Assembly (NCBI GenBank): GCA_964016885.1
Contig: OZ024740.1
Location: forward strand, 132,246,001-132,310,000
Reading direction: 5' to 3'
DNA: 64,000 bases
DNA from: Eledone cirrhosa
Taxonomy: Eukaryota
Shown: positions 26,560 to 45,020 of the stretch, in pieces
How the letters are laid out: each line of letters opens with the position of its first letter
How positions within the stretch are numbered: the stretch's first letter is position 1
Notes under the pieces: generated by a model
Told to the model about the DNA's origin: nothing
The model's input: the letters and a program-made list of their open reading frames with translations, nothing else
Database searches by the model: none
Program-made: the position numbers and the translations under genes

Positions 26560-26851
26560 TTTGAAGACTAAAATCCAAAGAGGGCTCGATAAGGATAAAT
26601 ATATATCAAATATATAAGAACCGTAGAGCGAAACAACATCTGAATATTTCTACAAAGAACATACCCGTACCAAGCAGGAAAATATACCTAAAACACCTGA
26701 TCCAAAGTATCGTTTTCCTGTCTTCCTCCGGTTGCAACGTTTTTTGAAATATCCAGTTCTGCGTTTACAGATTGACTTTGTTAGTTTCAGAAGATCCCAT
26801 TAAGTGTGAAAGCAGCGATCCTTTGCTTAAACTTTAATCTGTTATTTTAAT
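26560..26851 (+). mobile_element. Rearranged mini-derivative of the 7793-10943 family
   Basis: 26560-26630 matches 10820-10888; 26631-26701 encodes the ORF N-terminus (KQHLNISTKNIPVPSRK) in the opposite orientation; 26702-26851 is the reverse complement of 7797-7950. Confidence 0.78.
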
Positions 26852-28544
26852 ATATATATATATATATATATACATGTAAAGTTATATTTAAAATTGTTGG
26901 GTTACAACTAGTAAATATTTATAACTGATATAAAAGCACTCGACAAATATTTGGAGTATATTTACAATATTAAATAAATGGAAAACTATATTTATAAAAC
27001 CATATTTATTTCATTATATATATTTCGGGGATATCATATTAACAATATGCTATGCCTTCATCAGACAAAATACAATATAAACAGTTTTATAGATAAATAG
27101 ATTCGACATACCGTAATAAACACCGACTTCATTTGAAGAGGTTTACGCTAGCAGTGAAAATTTTATGCAGAGAGAAAGAAAGAGAGAAAAAAGGAAGAAA
27201 GACAAAACGAAGAAAAGGAAGAAAAAGAAGAAAGAGAAAAAGAAGAAATGCATGGAACAAAATAGAGAGATGGAAAGATAAATAAAGCGAAGAGCTTAAT
27301 GTAAAGAAACAGAAAGAGATATATATATAGAGAGAGAGAGGAAATAGAGATAGATACATATATATATAGAAAATTAGGTAGTGGGAGGTCATTTTGAGTA
27401 AGTGTATCAATGATACATTTATTTATTTATTTATTTATTTAGCTCAAGTATTAATGTAAGGGAGATATATAGAGAGAGAAAAACATAGAGAGAGGAAAAA
27501 AATAGCGAGAGAAAAAATTTAAAAATAGCCAGACATATTCGAGGCGTAACAAACCCTATGTTTTAATGTATTAGTATTTATAAAACTTACACTATATTGT
27601 AAATATCAGTATTCCTGAATGAAACAAGTATCCATAATGTGTGAAAATTAATTATCTTATGTTTAGTTTTAAAAAATTCATATGTTTATGTGACAGCTAC
27701 AAACATCCATGCGAATCCAACTGATTCACTCTGCAAACTCTAGGTTACCGGAAAACATTCTCAATGTGGTATAAAAATTTGAGCGTATTATTATTCCTGT
27801 CATTACTCTACAAGATTATCTATCAAGCAGAAATAGAGAGCAGATTTCAATATACTAATAAAAATATATATTATATTATAAACAAAACTAAAAATAAAAA
27901 GATAACAATAATAATAATAAGTAAAAATATAGAATAGAAAACTAAAAATAAAAAAAAAATAAAAAATATTACGAAAGAATATTACATAATAAAAATATTA
28001 CATATTAAAAATACTACGTATTAAAAAATATTACGTATTAAAATATTACATATTAAAGATATTAAGAATAAAATAAAAAATAAAAAAATATTATAGAATA
28101 CTACAATACTAAAAAATAAAAATAAAAATAAAAATAAAAAAAATAAAAATAAAAATAAAAATAAAAATAAAAATAAACCACAAAGAACAACCCTTCAAAG
28201 TTAATTGACAATATATTGCCAAGTTCATTACAAGACAAAGCCAAAAATTATCTATCAAATCACATCTAGCAAAGAACATTTCAAAAAGATTATGATGTCC
28301 AATTAGGTCTACATATGTTCTTATATTTAATATAGAAGTTTATCTAGTGTAAGGTTAATTCAAAAAATTTAGAGCATCAGCTTTTAGGGTAGCTTAATTT
28401 TTCATGAGGAATGTTTAGATAAAAATAAAATAAAAATAAACAATAAAAAATAATAAAAAAAGAGTAAAAAGAGGGAATCAAAGATTTAGGAATCAAAAAA
28501 TTTATCGGCTAGTTCTCATATAAATATAAATCAAACTAAATATA

Positions 28545-30759
28545 CTACATTTTAAATTTAAATTTATATTTAAACGTTGAGTTTAATCTATGTTTGCAAC
28601 AACTGAATAAATTTGTCCGTAGGTTAAGGGAATTTTTAGATTTTAGTATAAAGAATATCTCCTCTGCGCAGAGGTCACATGTCTCAGAGGATGAATTAAA
28701 AGGAATCCCTCTTGAGACTATATTCCAAGCCGTCGAATATCTAACGTTATCTAGCTTAAGTTGCCAGAGTACGCCTGATAGTGCCGTTGAAGATTTTTTA
28801 CTTGGATCTGTGAAAGAATTCTTGTGGTTATTATAGCGAAGTTTAAATTCCGTCGATGAGGAACCGACGTAGTTAAAAGAATTAGAGTCAGTATTAACAT
28901 TACAATTGTATACTATATTTTTAACTAAGCAGTTGTTATTTAACGGACATTTAGATCTATCTCTACAGTTACATTTGTTAACTTGTATATTATTTATGCT
29001 ATTATCAGTAGGTTTTAAGTTCCTATTATTTATTCTATTAATATTTTGTGCTAAATTTTTGGTGGATGAGTAGGTTAATTTAATTGTATGCCTATTGAAG
29101 ATTGAGTGATACCTATGTGTTCTAGGGAAGCGATTATCAAGAGCTTTGAAAAATAATTTAGCGATGTGGGTTTTAATGTTTAGTGAGAAAGGGGGGGGCA
29201 AACCAAATTATGTTCCTAGTTCTATTTCTTTTTTGTCCTTTGGAATTATTGTAATGCTTTCTATTATAGTTGTTAATGTTGTTGCCGTAATTAAAAAAGT
29301 TGTTACTTTGTTTAGTTTGTCTATCATTATCTATGTACACAATCTTATCAGCATATCCTGCCCTAGCTAGTGCATCATTATAGTACTGGGCCTTTTCGTC
29401 AAAAATCTTTCTATTCGACGAGATCCTAGAGATACGTTTTTGGACTGAGTTTACTATAGTGTTTTTGACAGATCTGGGGTGGTTAGAGTTAAAGTTGACA
29501 TAGTTTAAGTTTTCATTCAACTTGTGAAAAGGATAGTGGAGACATGTGTTGAGATTTAATGTTATATCTAGGAAATTGACTATTCTATGGTTGTTCTAAA
29601 TTTCTATTTTAAGGTTAAAGTAATTAAAAAATTTTGTAATTTGTTTACATTTTCTATTTAGTTCAGGGTTATTATTATTAATAAGTAAAAGCATGTCATC
29701 CCTATATAAACCTCCGGTAGTACCAGGTATTTTCCTATGTAGCGAATTGATTAAAAATAATTCCACAAGGTCAGTTACCTGAGCTGAGTCGGAAGATCCC
29801 ATAGTTATGTCAAAATTGCTATCTCTATCTGCTCTGGTCCATAATTTGTCATTAAATTCTATCAAAGTTTTCCTAGCCGATAATATAATATGCATTTCTT
29901 TGCTAGTTAGGTCAGTATGTTTGAATGCGTAATTTAGTGCCTTATTTAGTAGACTAGGGGTAATAGAAGAATAATAGTTAGCTATATCAAGTTGAATAAA
30001 CCTATTATTATTGTTATATTTAATTTGCCTAAACCACTCAACAACCTCTCCAGTTCCCTTCCACAAGCTCAGGTTAGATACACAATCCAAGTTCTTAATT
30101 TGCTGTATCACCCTGTCAAGAATGTTTTTGCTTAATTTGCCCAGGTCCGATTTTGAAGGTGCGATCAATCTAACTGGCAGGTCATTTTCAAAATTCCGCT
30201 TGTGGTCCTTCATATTGATCTTCGGTTTCCTGGGCACGAAAGGTTGTGTTCTGTTCTCAATTTCCAACTCGTGCATTATACAAGATGCTTCGACATTCAT
30301 TTTCTCAAGTTCGGCCTTATCTGCTACCTTGTACTTTTTCCTCAGCTCTTTCAGTATGAGGCCATTATACATGTCTTTCCGCACTCCATAGAGGTTGTTG
30401 GTCTTGTCAGATTTCACCAAGATCTTCTCAGTTTTCTCTAAGCTCTCAATGTTATCCTTAATGCCTTTCAGATATTCCTGGCCTTTAAAGTTTCTCTTGA
30501 ATTTGACCCCTTGTATGATAGAAATTATATCGTTTTCAAAGTCAGATAAAAGTTTGTTAGGGGGTGGATTTCTTTTAGATTTGAAAACTTTGTTTAAGTC
30601 CGAGATATTTTCGTCTGCATTAGATTTATCAAAGTGGAATGCACGCCACCTGATTCTCCTTATAAAAGAGTCAGATTTATCTATTAATTGTTTTACAAAG
30701 TCTTTGTTTCTAGGTAGAGGTATGTCTTTTAGAGAGGAAGTAATCTTAAAGAATTCCAT
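28545..30759 (-). pseudogene. Nearly intact PLE RT-GIY-YIG ORF (one TAG at 29596-29598, one frameshift at the G-run 29191-29198)
   Basis: SLKDIPLP, FIRRIRWRAFHF, KSDKTNNLY, MKDHK, FIQLDIANYYSSI, GGLYRDD, SNHP, CNCRDRSKCPLNNNCL, YVGSSSTEFKLRYNNH, CDLCAEE, CKH. Confidence 0.95.
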
Positions 30760-32424
30760 TTTTCCAGTTATAATATAAAGCGCTCAACAGTATTGGAGCA
30801 AGATACATGTAAAGATATATTTAAAATTGTTGGGTTACAACTAGTAAATATTTATAACTGATATAAAAGCACTCGACAAATATTTGGAGTATATTTACAA
30901 TATTAAATAAATGGAAAACTATATTTATAAAACCATATTTATTTCATTGTATATATTTCGGGGATATCATATTAACAATATGCTATGCCTTCATCAGACA
31001 AAATACAATATAAACAGTTTTATAGATAAATAATTTTATATAAACAGTTTTATAGATAAATAGATTCGATTTTTTTTTATTGTTTATTTTTATTTTATTT
31101 TTATCTAAACATTCCTCATGAAAAATTAAGCTACCCTAAAAGCTGATGCTCCAAATTTTTTGAATTAACCTTACACTAGATAAACTTCTATATTAAATAT
31201 AAGAACATATGTAGACCTAATTGGACATCATAATCTTTTTGAAATGTTCTTTGCTAGATGTGATTTGATAGATAATTTTTGGCTTTGTCTTGTAATGAAC
31301 TTGACAATATATTGTCAATTAACTTTGAAGGGTTGTTCTTTGTGGTTTATTTTTATTTTTATTTTTATTTTTATTTTTATTTTTTAGTATTGTAGTATTC
31401 GATAATATTTTTTTATTTTTTATTTTATTCTTAATATCTTTAATATGTAATATTTTAATACGTAATATTTTTTAATACGTAGTATTTTTAATATGTAATA
31501 TTTTTATTATGTAATATTCTTTCGTAATATTTTTTTTTTTTTTTTTTTTTTAGTTTTCTATTCTATATTTTTACTTATTATTATTATTGTTATCTTTTTA
31601 TTTTTAGTTTTGTTTATAATATAATATATATTTTTATTAGTATATTGAAATCTGCTCTCTATTTCTGCTTGATAGATAATCTTGTAGAGTAATGACAGGA
31701 ATAATAATACGCTCAAATTTTTATACCACATTGAGAATGTTTTCCGGTAACCTAGAGTTTGCAGAGTGAATCAGTTGGATTCGCATGGATGTTTGTAGCT
31801 GTCACATAAACATATGAATTTTTTAAAACTAAACATAAGATAATTAATTTTCACACATTATGGATACTTGTTTCATTCAGGAATACTGATATTTACAATA
31901 TAGTGTAAGTTTTATAAATACTAATACATTAAAACATAGGGTTTGTTACGCCTCGAATATGTCTGGCTATTTTTAAATTTTTTCTCTCGCTATGTTTTTC
32001 CTCTCTCTATGTTTTTCTCTCTATATATATCTCCCTTACATTAATACTTGAGCTAAATAAATAAATAAATAAATAAATGTATCATTGATACACTTACTCA
32101 AAATGACCTCCCACTACCTAATTTTCTATATATATATGTATCTATCTCTATTTCCTCTCTCTCTATATATATATATCTCTTTCTGTTTCTTTACATGAAG
32201 CTCTTCGCTTTATTTATCTTTCCATCTCTCTATTTTGTTCCATGCATTTCTTCTTTTTCTTTTTCTTCTTTTTCTTCCTTTTCTTCGTTTTGTCTTTCTT
32301 CCTTTTTTCTCTCTTTCTTTCTCTCTGTATAAAATTTTCACTGCTAGCGTAAACCTCTTCAAATGAAGTCGGTGTTTATTACGGTATGTCGAATCTATTT
32401 ATCTATAAAACTGTTTATATTGTA

Positions 32425-32486
32425 TTTTGTCTGATGAAGGCATAGCATATTGTTAATATGATATCCCCGAAATATATATAATGAAA
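32425..32486 (+). ncRNA. Type I hammerhead ribozyme (copies at 27009-27070 and 30942-31003 on -)
   Basis: TTTTGT-CTGATGA-aggcatagcatattgttaatatgatatcccc-GAAA-TATATA-TA-ATGAAA. Confidence 0.8.
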
Positions 32487-32550
32487 TAAATATGGTTTTA
32501 TAAATATAGTTTTCCATTTATTTAATATTGTATATATATATATATATATA

Positions 32551-33000
32551 AAATAAATAAATTAAATAAGTCAAATGTTTAAAATTTAGTTTCGTTCATT
32601 ACTGCTATATATATTTCGGTGAGAGCCATCTTTGACTGCGACCTCTTCAGGCAGTCCGAATTAGTGTGGTATAGACAAGTACATATGTTGTTGAGGTGTA
32701 TAATTTTGTCAATACTCTGATATGCATATCAGAATATTGACAAAATTATACACCTCAACAACATATGTACTTGTCTATACCACACTAATTCGGACTGCCT
32801 GAAGAGGTCGCAGCCAAAGATGGCTCTCACCGAAATATATATAGCAGTAATAAACGAAGCTAAATTTTTAACATTTGACTTATTTATTTTACTTTATTTT
32901 ACATTACTCCGGACTAACCAATCCAACCTGCGCACTTTGTCGAGTTCTCCAGCCAGCATACTTAGGTGTTGGTATACATCCAACATATACTTAACATCTA
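32551..33000 (+). mobile_element. Solo pLTR fold-back of the 3182-7420 family, with tail
   Basis: Exact centre gatatg|catatc at 32724/32725; intact HHR at 32794-32848 (ACTGC-CTGAAGA...GAAA-TATATA-TA-GCAGT); tail matches 7325-7415. Confidence 0.88.
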
Positions 33001-33016
33001 TATATATATATATATA

Positions 33017-33230
33017 TAGGAAAAAGTATAAGCCGATGGCAGAGCTCAAGCCGTTTCTACGGCTATTTCTGGACTATGTCAAGAAATAGCCGTCGAAACG
33101 GCTTGAGCTGTGCCTTCGGGGTCATACTTTTTCCTATTTCCTACTTTTTCCTATTTCCTACTCTAATACTCTAAGTATTGAGTACTCTCGTGCGTTAGGG
33201 TCCATCTGGTTCCTTACCACATTTCCTTTG

Positions 33231-33232
<2 letters not shown>
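33017..33232 (+). mobile_element. Third copy of the palindrome-plus-tail unit
   Basis: Similar to 568-737. Confidence 0.7.
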
Positions 33233-33269
<37 letters not shown>

Positions 33270-33841
33270 TGGAAGGGATATTTAATTTGTTGGAAATACA
33301 ACAAATATAAATGTTTATAACTGATTCAGAGCGCTCGACAGATTTCTGGAGTAAATATTCAATGATATTAAATAAATGAAAACTATATTTATAAAACCAT
33401 ATTTATTCTATTATATATATTTCAAGGGTACCAAAAAACTTTGGTACGCTTTCATCAGATAACATACAAAGAGTGTTTTATGAATGTTGACATAGCCAAG
33501 GAAATCATACCATATCAGTTGGATTTTCTTGGGTAGTGAGATTAGATGACGGATATTTCAAACTTATGGATGAATATGCAAATAAATAGGTAAATAAGGG
33601 TGAGTTATATGATTGAAAAACTGTTACTTTAATTGCTATGGAAAGTTTAGATATATAATTATAAGATAGACAGAAAGAAGAAAGAAAAAAGAGAAGGAAA
33701 AATAAGAAGAAGGAAAAAAAATGAAGACCACCTATAACGTCAATTTTGGGGAAATATATTCGAACATTTATCTATATCATGTATATATTTATATGGAGAA
33801 TTATGTGTGCAAGTATTTATCTTATTATATTGTAGTGGGTT

Positions 33842-34063
33842 AGGGTGGTGGATTGGCAGTATCGGTAGAGGGTCGGACTCCATGCTTTATAGCTTAGAGT
33901 TACGGCCCTTTATGATCTGAGTTCATATCACGCCGAGGTTAACTTTGCCTTTCATCCTTACGGGATCGATAAAATAAAGTACCTGTCACGCACTGGGGTC
34001 GATTTAATCGACTTCCCCTCCCATTAAAATTGCTGGCCTTGTGCCATTATAAGAAATCATTAT
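33842..34063 (+). mobile_element. tRNA-derived SINE (octopus OR-type/MetaSINE-like)
   Basis: A-box-like TGGCAGTATCGG, B-box-like GAGTTCATATC, central gcctttcatccttacgggatcgataaaataaagtacc, A/T-rich tail; absent from the mirror arm of the host element. Confidence 0.85.
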
Positions 34064-34068
34064 ATTGT

Positions 34069-34262
34069 AGGGCGGTGGATTGGCAGTATCCGTAGAGGTT
34101 CGGACGCCATGCTTTCCAGCATAGTTATGTCCCTTTACGATCTGAGTTCAAATCCCACCGAGGTTGACTTTGCCTTTCATCCTTACGGGGTCAATAAAAT
34201 AAAGTACCAGTAATGCAATGGGTATTTGCTGGCCTTGTGCCTAAAGTAGAAACAATTATATT
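34069..34262 (+). mobile_element. tRNA-derived SINE, second copy
   Basis: Same head and central domain as 33842-34063; gagttcaaatccc B box. Confidence 0.85.
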
Positions 34263-35039
34263 GTAGAGGGTTCAATATATAAATATCTATATATATTTTA
34301 ATAATAGCATATGTATTTTTATTAAAAGGATAATTTGCAATTATTAGTTGTTTATAATATGAGTTACGAGGGAGTTTATTTTGTGTTTTAAGTAGATAAA
34401 TAAATATATAAATAAATAGGTAGTTCAAGTTGTAGGCGGTAGGGTATTGATTTTGTATTTTATGTAAATAAATATGTAGTTAATGTGAGAATGTTTTAAA
34501 TTTAATTAAAGGAGTTATGTATAATATTTATATGATTGAAAATGAAATTAACCTGAAAGGAAATTAACCGAAAATTAAATTTGTTAATCGTTAGTGTGAG
34601 ATTAGTTAATTATTTAGTCGAAAGAAATATGAATGTTTATCTTCGTTTAAAAAATAGCTTTAGAGGGTGTCATTGAAAAAATAAAGGATTAAGAAATAAA
34701 AAAAAAAAATAAAATAAAAAAAAAATAAATAAATAAAAAAAAAAAAAATAAATAAAATAAAATAAAAAAAAAATAAAAATTCAAATTAAAATTAGAATTA
34801 TATAGATATATATAAATATATATAAATATCTATACACATAAATAAATATATACATACGTATATATAAGAATGTTTTTTTAAAGGTGAATGTACAACAAAT
34901 ATTTGAGATATTAATATATTAAAAATATAAATTGTTAAAACATATAGGATGATTTTGGAGATTAATAGGAATATTATAAGTATATTATAAGTTACATATA
35001 GTTCTGAATGTAGAATGTTGGCGATGTCTGCAGATTAAT

Positions 35040-36640
35040 AGAGTTTTGACAGTTAATTATATAAAAAATGTCTTTACAGAATCTTGATAAAGCCATATTC
35101 CGGTACGCAGGTGCTCACTAAATCGTTTTCCAAGATATTGAATAATCTATATTCTTGCTTTTTAAGTTCCATATAAGAGGTGAAAGGGAAGTAGAACAGT
35201 TTTCATCAGATCTTTCGAAAAAGTGATTGTTGTTATTCCAGCGATCTTTAAATTTTGTAGAAGTGTCACGGACATAGTTAAATATATTACCACTAGTTTT
35301 AACTGTGCATTCATAGACTACGTTTTTATCTAAACACTTATTTTGTAAAGGGCAGTTTGATTTGATTCTACAGTTACATTTTACGGAGCTTTTGTTGCTC
35401 GGAACAGTACTATTATAATGGATATTCCTAGAATTATTATTATTGCAATTTTGGTTAGGGTTTAAATTTAAGTTTCTATTATTAATTCTATTTATATGTT
35501 TACTATGTTCATAGTAGGAGAGTAGGATAGTTTTATAGTATGTCTTTTAAAGATTGAGTGGTATCTGTGGGCTTTAGAAAAGCATTTGTCCAGTGCTTTA
35601 AAGAATAGTTTTGCTAAAGGTGTTTTAAAGCTTAATGGGAATGGGGGTGAGTACCAAATAATATTTATAGTTCTTTTGTTTGTTTTAGAGTTTAAGTTAA
35701 ATTGTTTATAATTATTATAATTAATAGTAGGGTGATTTGCCTTATTATTGTTGTCAAGGTATTTAATTTTATTCAAGTACCCTTCTGTATTTAAAGCTTC
35801 ATTATAATATTCAGCCTTATCATCAAAAATATGTTTATTAGCACAGATGCGTGAAATTCGTTGTTGGACACTATTGAAAATAGTGTTCTTAATAGATCTA
35901 GGATGATTAGAGTTTAAACTTACATAATTTAGATTCTCATTAATTTTATGCAATGGACAGTTGAGCCCTGTGCTAAGGTTTAATGTTACGTCTAAAAAGT
36001 TAACGATTTTATAGTTATTCTCTATTTCTAACTTAAGGTTATAATTATTGAAGAATTGTATTATGGATTTTCTTTTCCTATAAATTTTACAATTAGCATG
36101 GTTTGCAATTAAAAGCAGCATATCATCACGATATAAACCACCGTTCATCTCTGGCATTTTTCTATGCAGTGGAATATTAATAAATAAGCCCCCAAGATCC
36201 GTTATTTGCGCCGAGTCAGATGATCCCATAGTGATATCAAAATTAATTTCTCTATCAGCTCTTGTCCAGAGATGATTGTTGAATTCAATTAAAGTTTTCC
36301 GTGCATGTAGAATGATATGCATTTCATCACTAGATAATTGTGTATGTTTAGATGCATAGATAAGAGCCCTATTAAGTAAACTAGGAGTAATAGAGGAGTA
36401 GTAATTTGCAATATCCATCGGAATAAAAAAAATTTGTTTAAATTGTATGTTATTGAACTAATCTATAACTTCATTAGTACCGTTCCATAGTTTCAGGTGT
36501 GATTTTTCTTTAAGTTGCGGTATGATTCTATCTAATATATGTTTACTAATTATGCCTAAGTTTGATTTAGATGGTACGATAAGTCTGACTGGAAGTCCTA
36601 TATCAAAGATTCTTTTGTGGTTTTTCAGGTTAATTTTCGG
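35040..36640 (-). pseudogene. Disrupted PLE RT plus GIY-YIG
   Basis: DIANYYSSI, FDITMGSSDSAQITDL, GGLYRDD, SNHP, WYSPPF, KCNCRIKSNCPLQNKCL. Confidence 0.9.
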
Positions 36641-37291
36641 TTAATTTCCTTTTCAATCATATAAATATTATACTTAACTCCGTTAATTTTATTTTAAACA
36701 TTCTCAATTTTAACTACATATTTATTTACATAAAATACAAAATCAATATTCCTACCACCTAAAAGTTGAACTACCTATTTATGTATTTATTTAGCTACTT
36801 AAAACACAAAATCAGCGCCCTCGTAACTCATATTATAATCAGCTAATGATTGCAAATTATCCTTTTAATAAAAATACATATGCTATTATTAAAATATATA
36901 TAGATATTTATATATTTAACCTACTACAATATAATAAGATAAATACTTACAAATATAATTCTCCATATAAATATATACATGATATAGATAAATGTTCGAA
37001 TATATTTCCCCCAAATTAACGTTATAAGTGGTCTTCCTTTTCCTTCTTCTTATTTTTCTTTTTCTTTTTTTCTTTCTTCTTTCTTTCTCTCTTATTATTA
37101 TATATCTACACTTTCCATAGCGTTTAAAATAACGGTTTTTCAATCATATTACTCAACCTCATTTACATATTCATTTGCATATTCATCTATAAGTTTGAAA
37201 TATCCGTCCTCTAATCTCACTACCCAGGAAAATCCAACTGATATGGTATGATTTCCTTGGCTATGTCAAAATTTGTAAAACACTCTTTGTA

Positions 37292-37350
37292 TTTTATCTG
37301 ATGAAAGCGTACCAAAGTTTTTTGGTACCCTTGAAATATATATAATAGAA
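37292..37350 (+). ncRNA. Type I hammerhead ribozyme
   Basis: TTTTAT-CTGATGA-aagcgtaccaaagttttttggtaccctt-GAAA-TATATA-TA-ATAGAA. Confidence 0.82.
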
Positions 37351-37402
37351 TAAATATGGTTTTATAAATATAGTTTTCATTTATTTAATATCATTGTATA
37401 TA

Positions 37403-43952
<6,550 letters not shown>

Positions 43953-44004
43953 TATATATATAAAATGTTTTGCAAGGTTTTTGATATGAAATCGTGTCGA
44001 AACA

Positions 44005-44472
44005 AATATTGTAATACTTGGGGAGGGTCATATTTTTGTAACAATATTGCCAGAAATAATAACAGAACACACACACTGTTTGGTTTGTCTTCGCTTCTGT
44101 ATCTTTTATATGTCCACAGTTAATTGATTCGGTCCTCAATGTTTACCATTGACTGACCAACGGTGAAAAACACAGATAATATATAAAAAAAAATTGCGTA
44201 GATATACAATACAACAGGAGGAACATAATAGTACCACTGATGATATTGCAGATGTGCAACGAAAGAACTTTGTTAGACTATATATATATGTGTTTATAGC
44301 TATATTTTATCTGTATTTTTGACCGTTGGTCAGTCAATGGTAAACATTGAGGACCGAATGAATTAACTGTGGAGATATAAAAGATACAGAAGCGAAAACC
44401 AACGAAACAGTGAGTGTGTTCTGTTATTATTTCTGGCAATATTATTACAACAATATGACCCTCCCCAAGTAT

Positions 44473-44480
<8 letters not shown>
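44005..44480. mobile_element. Solo pLTR with inverted arms (44005-44185 / 44301-44480), family of 61711-63620
   Basis: Arms match 61711-61895; degenerate HHR CTGATGA-tattgcagatgtgcaac-GAAA at 44233-44274. Confidence 0.8.
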
Positions 44481-44514
<34 letters not shown>

Positions 44515-44821
44515 AAGGTTAGGCAAAGATAGACAGGCAGACAGAGAAATAAATGCATAGATAGAATTTGCGTATGTGTGTATCTACTAATATTGCAACT
44601 ACTACTGAACATTCAATTGATGAGACTCCTTAGTTAAAGACATCATACGTATTCGTTGAGTTGCGCGGTTCGGTCCTTTGCAGATACTCTTTTCACTTTA
44701 TTTTCTTTTCCAACGTAGCATTACTCGATTTCCCGAATATTATTTATCGTGATGGAATATGGTTATATCCATTTACGTTTAGACGATAACATTTCAAATC
44801 AATATTATGATTATTATTGTT

Positions 44822-45020
44822 AGGGCGGTGGATTGGTAATATCGGTCGAGTGTCGGACGCCATGCTTTGCAGCGAAGAGTTACGGCCCATTATGGCCTGT
44901 GTTCAAATCCCGCCGAGGTTAACTTTGCCTTTCATCATTACGGGGTCGAAAAAATAAAGTACTTGTAATACACTGCGATAATTGCTGTTCTTGTGCCAAA
45001 AGTAGAAATAATATTATGAT
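44822..45020 (+). mobile_element. tRNA-derived SINE
   Basis: Same family as 33842-34063. Confidence 0.85.

Larger units (their letters stand above)
26873..32533 (-). mobile_element. Full-length, young Naiad-like Penelope-like element with direct pLTRs (26873-27106 / 30806-31068) and a ~1.46-kb inverted copy of its 3' UTR (31070-32533)
   Basis: Complete ORF region; repeat arms nearly identical; three HHR copies; (TA)n on both sides. Confidence 0.93.
33268..37396 (-). mobile_element. 5'-truncated Naiad-like element with inverted 3' UTR arms (33360-34578 / about 36632-37396)
   Basis: RT-GIY-YIG remnant inside; terminus resembles 26873-27070; HHR at 33406-33464 (-) and 37292-37350 (+). Confidence 0.88.
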
